In this document: positions 9,764 to 19,627 of the stretch, piece by piece
Position numbering within the stretch: the stretch's first letter is position 1
Layout: the number at the start of each line of letters is the position of its first letter
Source: Kofleriaceae bacterium
Lineage (GTDB): Bacteria > Myxococcota_A > Polyangia > Haliangiales > Haliangiaceae
NCBI GenBank assembly: GCA_046597055.1
Contig: JBKJLC010000037.1
Coordinates: 1 to 64,000 of the forward strand
Direction: 5' to 3'
Length of the DNA stretch: 64,000 bases
Notes under the pieces: model-generated
Seen by the model: the letters and a program-made list of their open reading frames with translations, nothing else
What the model was told of the DNA's origin: nothing
Database searches by the model: none
Translations under genes and position numbers: made by a program

Positions 9764-10180
9764 CTACGAGTAGAGCATCAGTAGGACGAAGCTGAAGGCG
9801 AGCAGGATCGACGCCACCGTGCCCGCGGCGAAGACAAGTCCGACGATGCTAGCGAGGCGGGTGATCCCCTGCATCAGGTGGGCGATGTCGTTGCCGTCCG
9901 TGTGGATCAGCGCCGAGAATGCCGTGGTCGCTCGGATGAGCAGGAAGCCGGTCACCACACCGATGAACGAGAGTAGAAACCAGACCGCGTAGTCGACGTA
10001 GGTCACCATCGCTGACCCGCTGGCGCCGAGCGACAGGCCGAAGTAGTCGACGAAGTGGTAGAGGAGCAGGATGATGCTGGCGATGACGACGACGAATCCC
10101 GAGCGCGACAGGTTGCGGACCAACCCCCGGAAGGTCGCATTCTCTGCCGCGGTGAACTCGTAACCGGCGCCGTTGGTCAT
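9764..10180 (-). CDS. Hypothetical membrane protein, about 3 TM
   Basis: GAGGAGG RBS; YEFT..EN..F and LIHTDGNDIAHLM..L patterns; hydrophobic helices. Confidence 0.75.
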   Translation of the reverse strand: MTNGAGYEFTAAENATFRGLVRNLSRSGFVVVIASIILLLYHFVDYFGLSLGASGSAMVTYVDYAVWFLLSFIGVVTGFLLIRATTAFSALIHTDGNDIAHLMQGITRLASIVGLVFAAGTVASILLAFSFVLLMLYS

Positions 10181-10257
10181 GTCAGTCCTCCTCAAAATGC
10201 CAACGTAGGCGATCCCCGGGGTTAAATCAAAGCCCGTGCGAGACGGCGAGACGCCGG

Positions 10258-11358
10258 CTACACTCCGCGATGGCCCGTGGGCCTCGTTGCCTTATCGTCA
10301 TCTCGCTGGTGCTCCTGGTGATCGTCATCGCCGATCTCGGCAAGATCGGCGCCGGCGTTCTCGAGCGCGACCGCGGAGAGTTGTACCGCATGTGCGCCGA
10401 CGACCGGATGCGCTGACTCGAGGCGGGCTGCCGACCGTTCGCGTCGGCCGGAGACGATCCACGACCAGGTGATCGACACGGCGAGGATGGTGCCGATCAC
10501 GCCGAGCGAGAGCCCGGTCGGGACCTTGTAGACCTCGACGATCAGCATCTTGGACCCGACGAACACCAGGATCGCCGCGAGCCCGACCTTGAGGTAGGCG
10601 AACCGCTGGTACGCGCCGGCCAGGAGGAAGAAGAGTGCGCGTAGGCCGAGGATTGCGAAGACATTGGACGTAAAGACGATGAACGGGTCGCGGGTGATCC
10701 CGAAGATCGCGGGGATCGAATCGAGCGCGAAGACCACGTCGGTGACCTCGACGAGCAGCAGCGTGAGAAACAGCGGCGTGGCCACTCGGCGCCCGTTCTC
10801 GCGCGTGAAGAAGCGTTGTCCATCGAGGCGCGTGGTCGACGGGATCAAACGGCGGAACACGCGCATCGTTCGACTCTCTCCCGGGCTGTCAGCGTGGCTG
10901 CGCGAGAGATACATCTTGATCCCGGTGACCACCAGCAGGCCGCCGAAGACGTAGATCATCCAGTGGAAGGCCTCGAGCAGCGCGACCCCACCAAGGATCA
11001 TCGCGGCCCGCAGGACGAGCGCGGTGAGGATGCCCCAGAACAGGATGCGATGCTGATAGATCGCTGGGATCTTGAACGCCGCGAAGATGATGACGAAGAC
11101 GAAGATGTTGTCGACGGAGAGTGACTTCTCGATCAGATAGCCGGTCAAGAACTCGGTCGCGGCCTGGCCGCCGAACTGGTGCCAGATCCACAGGTTGAAC
11201 AGGAGCGAGGTCGAGATCCATACGATCGACCAGGTTAGGGCCTCCTTGAACCGAACCTCGTGCGCCTTGCGGTTGAAGATGCCGAGGTCGACGGCGAGGA
11301 AGCCGAGGACCAAGCCGACGAACCCGAACCAGAGCAGCGGTGTACCGATGGTCTCCAT
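10258..11358 (-). CDS. alx: TerC/Alx family membrane protein
   Basis: EFLTGYLIEKSLSVDN, YQHRILFWG, EVTDVVFALDSIPAIF, SNVFAILGLR. Confidence 0.9.
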   Translation of the reverse strand: METIGTPLLWFGFVGLVLGFLAVDLGIFNRKAHEVRFKEALTWSIVWISTSLLFNLWIWHQFGGQAATEFLTGYLIEKSLSVDNIFVFVIIFAAFKIPAIYQHRILFWGILTALVLRAAMILGGVALLEAFHWMIYVFGGLLVVTGIKMYLSRSHADSPGESRTMRVFRRLIPSTTRLDGQRFFTRENGRRVATPLFLTLLLVEVTDVVFALDSIPAIFGITRDPFIVFTSNVFAILGLRALFFLLAGAYQRFAYLKVGLAAILVFVGSKMLIVEVYKVPTGLSLGVIGTILAVSITWSWIVSGRRERSAARLESAHPVVGAHAVQLSAVALENAGADLAEIGDDDHQEHQRDDDKATRPTGHRGV

Positions 11359-11364
11359 GGCTCG

Positions 11365-11646
11365 TCAGTGACCCTGTAGCCCGGGCCGGCGGCCATCGAC
11401 CATGCGCGACATCGCCGAGACGACGTGCGCGACCGCGCGACCAACAGCTATGGTGGCCGCGGCGGGGCCTTTGTTGAATCGGATCTGCCAGGATCGGCCC
11501 GTGATGACGACCAGCCAGCTGCCCGGGGCGCCTGATCGCGTCCAACTGGGCATCGCGCGGAAGGCAATGCTCGACAACCGCTGCACGAGATGAAACGGGT
11601 CGAAGGGGCGATTCACGGGGGTGGTGTCGGGCTCACCGGGCGGCAT
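11365..11646 (-). CDS. Small hypothetical protein upstream of alx
   Basis: GGAGG RBS before ATG 11646; stop 6 nt before the alx start. Confidence 0.35.
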   Translation of the reverse strand: MPPGEPDTTPVNRPFDPFHLVQRLSSIAFRAMPSWTRSGAPGSWLVVITGRSWQIRFNKGPAAATIAVGRAVAHVVSAMSRMVDGRRPGLQGH

Positions 11647-11808
11647 GGGTCCTCCAAGATGTCGTGCTCTACGACGCACGGCACGTCCACGACCGGAGGA
11701 GGTCCCGCGGAAAGGAAGCGCGTCGTGGTGTGACGAGCCCATCATGGGGTCGCATGATAGCGTCGACAATTCGCAAAGTTCGTCCGAACACGTTGGAGAA
11801 ACGTACGC

Positions 11809-12717
11809 ATGTCGACGCCCATGGAATGGCTGAACTATCATCATCTCCACTACTTCTGGATGGTCGCTCGGGAAGGCACGATCGCTCGGGCCAGCGAGAA
11901 GCTTCACCTGACGCATCCCACGATCTCGACCCAGATCAAGGTGCTCGAGGACGCCATGGGCGAGAAGTTGTTTGAGCGCCAGGGTCGGCGGCTCGTGCTC
12001 ACCGAGGTCGGGCGGGTTGTGTATCGCTATGCGGAAGAGATTTTTTCCCTTGGTCGCGAGATGATCGACACCGTCAAGGGCCGCCCCACCGGCAAGCCGC
12101 AGCGGCTCGTCGTTGGCGTCGCTGACTCGGTGCCCAAGTTGCTGGTCGGCAAGCTTCTCGAGCCGCTTCGTCGGTCGAGTGATCCGATCCACGTGGTGTG
12201 CCGCGAGGACCGGCCAGAGCGGCTAATCGTCGACCTGGCGACGCACGTGATCGACGTGATTGTCTCGGACGTTCCGCTGCCCGCAGGCAGCGGGGTCAAG
12301 GCGTGGAGTCACCTTCTTGGCGAGTGCGGAGTCACGTTCTTCGCGGCGGCCGCGCTCGGCATCGGCCGGCGCGGGTTCCCGCAGAACCTGGACTGCGCGC
12401 CCATGGTGCTGCCTACCTGGGACTCCATGTCGCGCCGGGCCCTTGAGGAGTGGTTCGAGCGGTCGAAGATTCGCCCGAAGGTGGTAGCCGAGATCGAGGA
12501 CAGCGCGCTGCTCAAGACGCTAGGGGAGGCCGGGTGGGGCGTGTTCCCGGTACCGTCCGCCCTGGCCGCCGACGTGCGATCCCACTACAATGTCGCAGCC
12601 GTGGGCTCGACCGATGACATCCGCGAGCGGTGCTATGTCATCAGCACCGAGCGGCGGATCAAGAACCCAGCGGTTGTCGCTATCCAGGAAGCGGCGCGCC
12701 TCAAGCTATACGATTGA
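11809..12717 (+). CDS. nhaR: LysR family regulator, NhaR-like
   Basis: LNYHHLHYFWMVAREGTIARASEKLHLTHPTISTQIKVLE HTH; LVVGVADSVPK. Confidence 0.88.
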   Translation: MSTPMEWLNYHHLHYFWMVAREGTIARASEKLHLTHPTISTQIKVLEDAMGEKLFERQGRRLVLTEVGRVVYRYAEEIFSLGREMIDTVKGRPTGKPQRLVVGVADSVPKLLVGKLLEPLRRSSDPIHVVCREDRPERLIVDLATHVIDVIVSDVPLPAGSGVKAWSHLLGECGVTFFAAAALGIGRRGFPQNLDCAPMVLPTWDSMSRRALEEWFERSKIRPKVVAEIEDSALLKTLGEAGWGVFPVPSALAADVRSHYNVAAVGSTDDIRERCYVISTERRIKNPAVVAIQEAARLKLYD

Positions 12718-13240
12718 CGGACTCGGGCGCTTCCGACCCCGGCCGCTCAATCGAAGAGGTCGCTGAACGCGTGGTACCAGCGTCGCCTGCGCCCCCCAGG
12801 GCCTTGCTCGTCGTCGTCGGCACGCCGGTTCGGCGGCTGCGGGCGGTGGTCGCCGCGGGGCGCGTCGCGACGGTCGTGGTCGCGCTCATCGGTGTTGCGG
12901 CCCCCGCCGTGACGGTGCGGTCACGCCGGCGGTCGACATCCCGCCATCGTTCGCTCGCACGCACCACGGCTCGGCGGGCCTTCTCGAACGCCCGGTGAAC
13001 CGCCGCAAAGGCGTTGACGTCCCGTTCTTCGAACACCTGCGTGCCGAGTGGACCGCCGGCGACCTCGACGGTGCACCGCTTGTCGACGCCCCCGCGCGGC
13101 CCGTTGAAGTCTTCGACGAGCACGTGAACTCGGCGGAGATCGGTGTCGACTCGCCCCAGCGCGACGGCGATCCTCCGGCGAATATGCCCCTGTAACTTCT
13201 TGGTCAACTCGACGCTCCTGGTGCGAATCGTGACCTGCAT
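12701..13240 (-). CDS. HPF/RaiA family ribosome-associated protein with low-complexity C-tail
   Basis: GGAGG RBS; MQVTIR..RRI..AL.R..EDFNGPRGGVDKRCTVEV. Confidence 0.8.
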   Translation of the reverse strand: MQVTIRTRSVELTKKLQGHIRRRIAVALGRVDTDLRRVHVLVEDFNGPRGGVDKRCTVEVAGGPLGTQVFEERDVNAFAAVHRAFEKARRAVVRASERWRDVDRRRDRTVTAGAATPMSATTTVATRPAATTARSRRTGVPTTTSKALGGAGDAGTTRSATSSIERPGSEAPESVNRIA

Positions 13241-13352
13241 CTCGTACCTCCTGGCCGAGAACGTACGGCTCGCAGCCACGTCAGACGATGACGAAGTATC
13301 TCCGACACCCGTTGAGAGAGTCTTCGTGTTCGCGGCCAAACCCAGAGAAGCG

Positions 13353-13388
13353 ATCCAGCGCATCCAGCGCATCCAGCGCATCCGGCGC
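13353..13388. repeat. 9-bp tandem repeat (ATCCAGCGC)x4
   Basis: atccagcgc three times plus atccggcgc. Confidence 0.85.
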
Positions 13389-13826
13389 GGCTGCTACGGC
13401 GTACTGAGCGTCGGCGTGCCGACCGCGTGCCGCACCGCCGCTGGTGCGGGCGTTCGAGAGCGCTGCGAGAGGTCGAGAGGTTTCCAGGTCGACGAACGAA
13501 GGGAGCGGGAGTGCCGGTCGCGACGGGTCTCCGCAAATTCCTCCGCCAACGTCACCATCGCGAGCCAGATGGGCAGTGGCACTCTGCCTCGTCGTGCTGC
13601 GCCGGCCCGGCCCTCGGGCAAGGTTTTCTCGACGCATAGAGTTGATACTTACAAATGGACGACGCTGCCACGATGAATCACCTTGCGAGGCAGATGCTGG
13701 ACGAGGCACTCCGCGTCAGGAGGAACCCATGACCGCGAGCCTCCCTCGGGATGCCGGGCGGCGTACTCGGTGGGAGTGGCTGAGCGACTCAACCGCGTTC
13801 GTATACGAAGCGAATAGGAGGGGAGC

Positions 13827-14969
13827 ATGGACATCGAGAAGCTGCGAGTGCACATCCGCGCGCTGATCATGCTCGAGGAGACCGCGGCGCCAGTCCTGAG
13901 CTGTTACCTCGACCTGGAGGCCGGATACCGCGAATTCCTCGACGCGCGCGTGCGGGTGCTGCGAAAGGGGCTCCGGTGGGCCGCGCGGCCTGCCTTCGAG
14001 GAGGCGCTGTCGCGAGTCGAGATCTTCCTCGCGTCGGAGCGTTGGCCCGGCGCGAAGGGCGCCGCCGTGTTCGCGCGCGGCGGCGAGCGCCACTTCCTGC
14101 TCCCGCTTCAGTTCCAGGTGCCGCTGCCCAACCGCCTCTCGGTGGACTACGTGCCCAACGTATACGAGCTGGTGGAACTCAAGGACACCTACCACCGTTA
14201 CGTGGTGCTGATCGCGATGGCCGACTCGGCGCGCATTCTGGAGGTGAACCTCGGCGAAGTGACCCTGGACCTATGGACGGTGCACCCCGAGCTCCGCGAG
14301 CGCGTAGGCTCCGGGTGGACGCGCGAGCACTATCAGGTCCGCCGCCGGGACCGCGCCGACCGATTCTTCAAGGAGAAGATCGCCGTCCTCGACCGGCTGA
14401 TGTCACAGGGCGGTCATACGCATCTGATCCTCGCGGGCAACCCTCGAATCGTTGCGCGGGTGAGGGAATCCCTGCCGAGGCATCTCGCGGAGAAGCTCGT
14501 CGATGTCGTCCCGGCCCCGGCGAATGCGCGGACCGCAGACATCGTGGCGGCGACGTTGTCGACGTTCGTCGAGCACGAGGCACAGGAGTCTCTCGAGACG
14601 GTGGCCCTGCTCCTCCGGGAGATCCGGCGAGACGGCCTCGCCGTCTGCGGGACGGCGCCCAGCCTGGAGGCGCTAGCGCGCGGACAGGCCGATCTCCTCG
14701 TGATGGCAGGCACCTACCTGCCGCCGGCCGGATGGGGCTGCAGGGCCTGCAACGCGCTGGACGTGGGGGCGGCGCCCGCTGCCTGTCCACAATGTGGCGA
14801 GCGGCAAACCCGCGCCGCGGATCTCAAGGAGCAGATGGTCAAGCTCGCCGAGCGGAATGCCTGCAACGTCGAGATCGTCCGCCACAGCGACCCACTCATG
14901 GAGCTCGGAGGCGTTGGCTGCTTGTTGCGCTATCACATCCTTGGTAAGGAAACCGTTGCAGGAGGATGA
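13827..14969 (+). CDS. Bacterial aeRF1-like release-factor homologue (baeRF/Balon-like) with Zn ribbon
   Basis: VLSCYLD, GAAVFARG, YHRYVVL..ARILEVNLG, LILAG, GGVGCLLRY; CRAC..CPQC; GSGWT in place of GGQ. Confidence 0.8.
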   Translation: MDIEKLRVHIRALIMLEETAAPVLSCYLDLEAGYREFLDARVRVLRKGLRWAARPAFEEALSRVEIFLASERWPGAKGAAVFARGGERHFLLPLQFQVPLPNRLSVDYVPNVYELVELKDTYHRYVVLIAMADSARILEVNLGEVTLDLWTVHPELRERVGSGWTREHYQVRRRDRADRFFKEKIAVLDRLMSQGGHTHLILAGNPRIVARVRESLPRHLAEKLVDVVPAPANARTADIVAATLSTFVEHEAQESLETVALLLREIRRDGLAVCGTAPSLEALARGQADLLVMAGTYLPPAGWGCRACNALDVGAAPAACPQCGERQTRAADLKEQMVKLAERNACNVEIVRHSDPLMELGGVGCLLRYHILGKETVAGG

Positions 14970-15257
14970 GGACATGCGCTTGAGCGAGATCGCGAGTACG
15001 GCGCGCCGCGGCCTATCCTGGCTCGCCGAGCTTCCCGGGCTGATGGCGGACTACACGCTCGGCACCGCCATCGTATTACTTCACGTACTGGTTGACGCGC
15101 GTGGTCAGCGTTCGGCACACCACCAGGGATTGGGTGGACTTGGTTTACCGAGCAGATGCGCACCGCCATGTTCGAAGCCGGCTGGACGATCCGCGCGCCT
15201 GCGGCCATGACCGTCGCGGGGCGGAATTCGCCTGAAACGGAGAGCACGGAAGGCAAC

Positions 15258-15458
15258 ATGAAGCTTTATGCAACCATCGCTGTCTATGTCAGCGGCGAAA
15301 AGATCCTGTGCCGGCCAGGCTGGCGCGATCGCGTCCGCCAAGTATTCGGCGGCGAGCCCGAGCTGCGCGCAGAGCGGATGCGAGCGAGCCTGGAGGCCAC
15401 GGCGGTGGTCGACGCGTTCCCCGCCGCCTCGGCAACCCTCGCTGGAGCAACGTCATGA
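15258..15458 (+). pseudogene. Probable truncated hypothetical gene
   Basis: GAAGG RBS plus MKLYATIAVYVSGEK..; short, stop overlaps the next start. Confidence 0.3.
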
Positions 15459-16186
15459 GAGTTCCAAGCACTGCTCGACCGATCGAAGCCGCTGTCGCCA
15501 CTCTGGGCGTCAGCGACCGCGTCTTGTTCTTGCGCAAGACGTACGCGCACCTCGGCATCGCGCTGATCGCCTTCGCGATGATCGCCGGGGGCATGGTGCG
15601 CTTCATGCCGGAGACCAGCTGGGGGTTCTCGAAGTGGGCGCTCACGGGCCGCTGGAACTGGCTGCTGGTACTCGGCATGTTCATGCTGGTTGGCCATGTC
15701 GCCGAACGGCTGGCCCGGTCGGAGACGTCCCGAGGGTTGCAGTATGCCGGCCTCGGGATCGCCGTCGCCGCGCAGGGCCTGCTGCTACAACCGTTGCTGT
15801 GGGTGTTGATGATGAAGTTCGGCGGGGCCAGCGCAGCCGCGATCCTGACGCAAGCCATCGTCATCACCCTGGCGGTCTTCGTCGGGCTGACGCTCACAGT
15901 CTTTCTGACCAAGAAGGACTTCTCGTTCCTGCGGGGCGCGCTCGTCGTCGCGAGCTTCGGCGCACTCGGCGTGATCGTCGCGGCGATCGTCTTCGGGTTC
16001 AGCCTCGGTGCCGTCTTCTGCGGTGCGATGATCCTGCTGATGGCCGGGTACATTCTCTACCAGACCAGCCTCGTGATGAGCCACTTCCCACCGACGGCTC
16101 ATGTGGCCGCGTCGTTGATGCTGTTCTCGACGGTCGCGACCCTGTTCTGGTACGTGCTCCAGCTTCTGATGTCGCTCCGCCGTTAG
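15455..16186 (+). CDS. Bax inhibitor-1/YccA family membrane protein
   Basis: FLRKTYAHL, TKKDFSFLRG, GYILYQTS, about 7 TM helices. Confidence 0.9.
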   Translation: MRVPSTARPIEAAVATLGVSDRVLFLRKTYAHLGIALIAFAMIAGGMVRFMPETSWGFSKWALTGRWNWLLVLGMFMLVGHVAERLARSETSRGLQYAGLGIAVAAQGLLLQPLLWVLMMKFGGASAAAILTQAIVITLAVFVGLTLTVFLTKKDFSFLRGALVVASFGALGVIVAAIVFGFSLGAVFCGAMILLMAGYILYQTSLVMSHFPPTAHVAASLMLFSTVATLFWYVLQLLMSLRR

Positions 16187-16216
16187 GTATTCCATGAACA
16201 CGATCTGTCCAGGAGG

Positions 16217-17497
16217 ATGTCGATGACCGAACCAATCGTCGTGTGTGCCACGGACTTCTCCGACAGCGCTCGCCACGCCAGCGAAGTTGCCGCGGAGCTG
16301 GCGGCGCGAATCGGGGGGAGCGTCCATCTCGTCCGCGTCGTCGATGGGCCCGCCGAAGGGGGGGGCGGGGTCCTCCAGGAGGAGGCGCGCCGGCTGGCAA
16401 GCCAACACGCGATCCGCGTCGAGGCGACCCTGCTCAAGGGGCGGCCCGAGGTCGTCGTCCCACAGCTCGCGGAGCGGCTCGGTGCGATACTGGTGGTGGT
16501 CGGGGCTACCGGCGAGGTTCGCTCGATGTTCCGCGTCGGAGGCGTCACCGAGCGCATCATCGTGGCAACCGGACGGCCCGTGCTCGTGGTCCGCGACCCG
16601 GCGCCGCTGATCGGATGGTCGCGCGGCGAACCACTCGCGGTGGCGGCGCTCGTGACCGACGACGCGGCATCCGCGCGCGCGCTGGGGTGGGTCAGGTTCC
16701 TGCGCGCGCACGGCACCTGCGACGTGGCCCTGCTGCATGCCTACTACGTCGATCAAATCACGGCGCGGCATGGCCTCGCGCCCCGGCCGCTCACGGTTAC
16801 CGACCCCGAGATCACCGCGATCGTGGCGCGCGACCTGGCGCGTCTCGTCGGTGAGATCGACGGGGGCGGGCAAGTCTCGTACCACCCTGTGCTCGCGGTC
16901 GGACGGCTCGCCGACCATCTGGCGGCCGACCCCGCATTCGCCAGCGCGAAGCTCGTCGTCATCGGCAACCATCGCCATCGCGGCCTGTCCCGGCTGTCGT
17001 CCGTGGCCGCTGGGATCCTGCACCTGAGCGAGGCGTCCGCGGTGCTGGTCGTGCCCCCGGAGTCCCCGGCCGTCGGCCTCGAACCTTGGCCACGCCTGCG
17101 TCGCCTGGTGGTGCCCATCGATTTCTCGCCCTTCTCCGCGGTCGCGATCCGTCACGCCTACGGACTCCTCGACGGTCGCGGCGGCTCGGTCCATCTGTTC
17201 CACGCGATGACCGGCGCACCGGCCGAGGCTTCACGCCAGAGCGTCTGTGCTCGGCTCGAAGCGATGGTGCCGACCGGGGTACCTGGCGAGGTGAGCACGT
17301 TCACCGAGGCGCTCTGGCACGGCGATCCGGCCGATGCGGTCATCGAGTTCGCCGAGCAGGTGGGGGCCGACGGCATCGTGCTCTCGTCCCACGGTTCAGG
17401 AGGGGTGAAGCGCGCCGTCCTCGGCTCGGTCAGCGATGCAGTCGTTCGTCGCAGTCGGCGGCCGGTCCTCATCGTCCGACCGCCCTACGACACCTGA
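16217..17497 (+). CDS. Universal stress protein, three USP domains
   Basis: VCATDFSD, VVPIDFS, SSHGSGGVKRAVLGSVSDAVVRRSRRPVL. Confidence 0.92.
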   Translation: MSMTEPIVVCATDFSDSARHASEVAAELAARIGGSVHLVRVVDGPAEGGGGVLQEEARRLASQHAIRVEATLLKGRPEVVVPQLAERLGAILVVVGATGEVRSMFRVGGVTERIIVATGRPVLVVRDPAPLIGWSRGEPLAVAALVTDDAASARALGWVRFLRAHGTCDVALLHAYYVDQITARHGLAPRPLTVTDPEITAIVARDLARLVGEIDGGGQVSYHPVLAVGRLADHLAADPAFASAKLVVIGNHRHRGLSRLSSVAAGILHLSEASAVLVVPPESPAVGLEPWPRLRRLVVPIDFSPFSAVAIRHAYGLLDGRGGSVHLFHAMTGAPAEASRQSVCARLEAMVPTGVPGEVSTFTEALWHGDPADAVIEFAEQVGADGIVLSSHGSGGVKRAVLGSVSDAVVRRSRRPVLIVRPPYDT

Positions 17498-17506
17498 GCC
17501 TCGGCT

Positions 17507-18103
17507 TCAACGGAGCTGGGCTACGATGCGCTCGAGAGCAGCCAGCCCTAACAGGATCTTCTTCACGAACGACGGGTTATGCGGCACGACGACGAAGCGC
17601 GGATGCCGTGCCCACAGCGCCCGGAGTCGGCCGTCCAGGACCAGCGCCTCGTTGTTCGACTCGATGCGAGTCGGGTTGCCGCCCTCGATCGAGATGCCAC
17701 CGACGGCCGCGCTCTCAAAGAAGATGACCGCGTCGTAGCGAGCCCTCTCGCCCTCCTCGGTACTGCCCACCGCCTCAAAGAAGCCCGCCGAATCGTCCGG
17801 CCAGTACGCGGCGCCGTCGACGGTGCCGCGGTCGCACAGCAGGATGCGCTCCGGGTAGAGCGCCGACTGGACGTCCTCGAGGTTTCGCTGCACGTGGTAG
17901 ATGGCGCATTGGGCCGACTTGCGCGCGTGGACCTCCGCGGACCGCGGAAAGCCACCGGAGAACAGCAGGGTCGCGGCCTCAGGCACCACGACCACGCGCT
18001 CGCCGATTTCTCTCCGGAACAGATCCGCCGCGGTGGTCTTGCCGCCGCCGGGCCCGCCGGTGAGCACGATCCGACACCGCGCAGTTGCTTCGTTCTCCAG
18101 CAT
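17507..18103 (-). CDS. AAA_28 / NadR-like P-loop ATPase-kinase
   Basis: IVLTGGPGGGKTT Walker A, VVPEAAT, LCDRGTVDG, RYDAVIF. Confidence 0.85.
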   Translation of the reverse strand: MLENEATARCRIVLTGGPGGGKTTAADLFRREIGERVVVVPEAATLLFSGGFPRSAEVHARKSAQCAIYHVQRNLEDVQSALYPERILLCDRGTVDGAAYWPDDSAGFFEAVGSTEEGERARYDAVIFFESAAVGGISIEGGNPTRIESNNEALVLDGRLRALWARHPRFVVVPHNPSFVKKILLGLAALERIVAQLR

Positions 18104-18226
18104 GAGTCCGGGCAGCCTAGCAGGCGCGGCGCGGCAAGCCCGCGTCGCGGGCTCCTTGTGCCGGGTGCGCGGCCGTGATGGGGTGCAGCCCATGACGCAA
18201 CTCCGTCCACAACGCGGTCGTGCTTC

Positions 18227-19624
18227 GTGCGCCTGACCTTCCACGGCGCCGCCCAGGAGGTGACGGGCTCGATGTTCCTGCTCGAGTTGGACGCGGGCAC
18301 GATCCTCATCGACTGCGGGATGTTCCAGGGCCGGCGCGCCGAGTCCCGCCAGCGCAATCGCGACCTGCCCGCGGAGGTGGTCGCGGCCGACGCCGCGATC
18401 CTCACCCACTCCCACATCGACCACTCCGGCAACCTGCCCACCCTGGTCAAGGCGGGGTTCGAAGGGACCATCTACTCGACGCTGGCGGCCTACGACCTGT
18501 GCGCGTACATGCTGCGCGACTCGGCCCGGATCCAGGAGGGCGACGCGGCGTACCTCAACCGGAAGTTCGCCGATGACCCCGAGTTCGCGCCGGTGGTGCC
18601 GCTCTACGACGAGGCGGACGCGGTCCGGGCGCTCGAGCGCTTCGTCGCAGTGCCGTACCACCGGCCCTTCACGCCGATCCCGGGCGTGACCGCCACCTTG
18701 CTCAACGCCGGCCACATCCTCGGCTCGGCCGAGATCGTCCTCGACGTCCTCGACGGCGGGCAGCCCCGGCGGCTGGTGTTCTCCGGCGACCTCGGGCGCG
18801 CCGGGCTGCCTATCATCCGCGATCCCGAGTACCCGCCCCGGCCGGTTGACTACGTCGTGATGGAGAGCACCTATGGCGATCGCCTTCACGGCACGGTCGC
18901 GCAGATGCACGACGATCTCGAGCGCATCGTCCGCGACACGGTGGCCCGGGGCGGCAAGATCATCGTTCCGGCCTTCGCCGTCGGGCGAACCCAGGAGATC
19001 CTCTACGTTCTGCACGAGCTGAGGCGGAGCGGCCGGCTGCCACCCATCCCGATCTTCATCGACTCCCCGCTCGCGGCCAACGTGACCGAGGTATTCCGTA
19101 TGCACCCCGAGTGCTTCGACGCCGAGACCCGGGCCTTCCTCGACGAGCGCGGCGACATCTTCGCCTTCGACGGCGTTCGCTTCGTGCGGAGCCGGGAAGA
19201 GTCGATGGCCCTCAACGGGCTAGCCGGGCCGGCGATCATCATCTCCGCGTCAGGGATGGCCGAGGCCGGTCGCATCCTGCATCACCTCCGCAACGGCGTG
19301 GAGGACGAGCGCAATACGATCGTCATCGTCGGGTTCATGGCCCAGCACACCCTCGGCCGCCGGCTGGTCGAGCGACGTCCGCGGGTGAAGATCTGGGGGA
19401 TGGAACGAGAGCTCCGGGCGCGGGTCGAGGTCCTCAACTCTTTCAGCGCCCACGCCGATCGAAACGATCTTCTGGCCTTCGCCGATGCCTGCGGTGTCGA
19501 CACCCGACGATTCTTCCTCGTCCACGGCGAGCCGGCGCCCCAGACCGCGTTGCGGGAAGCAATGACCGCGCGCGGCCTGACGGTCGACGTCCCTTCTCGG
19601 GGAGAGGTCGTCACGCTGGCGTGA
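18227..19624 (+). CDS. MBL-fold beta-CASP ribonuclease
   Basis: LTHSHIDHSG, AGHILG, FSGDLGR, MESTYGDR, PAFAVGRTQE, FSAHAD, LVHGE. Confidence 0.93.
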   Translation: MRLTFHGAAQEVTGSMFLLELDAGTILIDCGMFQGRRAESRQRNRDLPAEVVAADAAILTHSHIDHSGNLPTLVKAGFEGTIYSTLAAYDLCAYMLRDSARIQEGDAAYLNRKFADDPEFAPVVPLYDEADAVRALERFVAVPYHRPFTPIPGVTATLLNAGHILGSAEIVLDVLDGGQPRRLVFSGDLGRAGLPIIRDPEYPPRPVDYVVMESTYGDRLHGTVAQMHDDLERIVRDTVARGGKIIVPAFAVGRTQEILYVLHELRRSGRLPPIPIFIDSPLAANVTEVFRMHPECFDAETRAFLDERGDIFAFDGVRFVRSREESMALNGLAGPAIIISASGMAEAGRILHHLRNGVEDERNTIVIVGFMAQHTLGRRLVERRPRVKIWGMERELRARVEVLNSFSAHADRNDLLAFADACGVDTRRFFLVHGEPAPQTALREAMTARGLTVDVPSRGEVVTLA

Positions 19625-19627
19625 GGC

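Noticed and set aside
13642..13655. TTGATACTTACAAA as an FNR box
   Set aside because: Only one good half-site and no second copy noticed in the window
16358..16370. G run in the USP gene as a phase-variation tract
   Set aside because: Frame is intact and such runs are expected at this GC content
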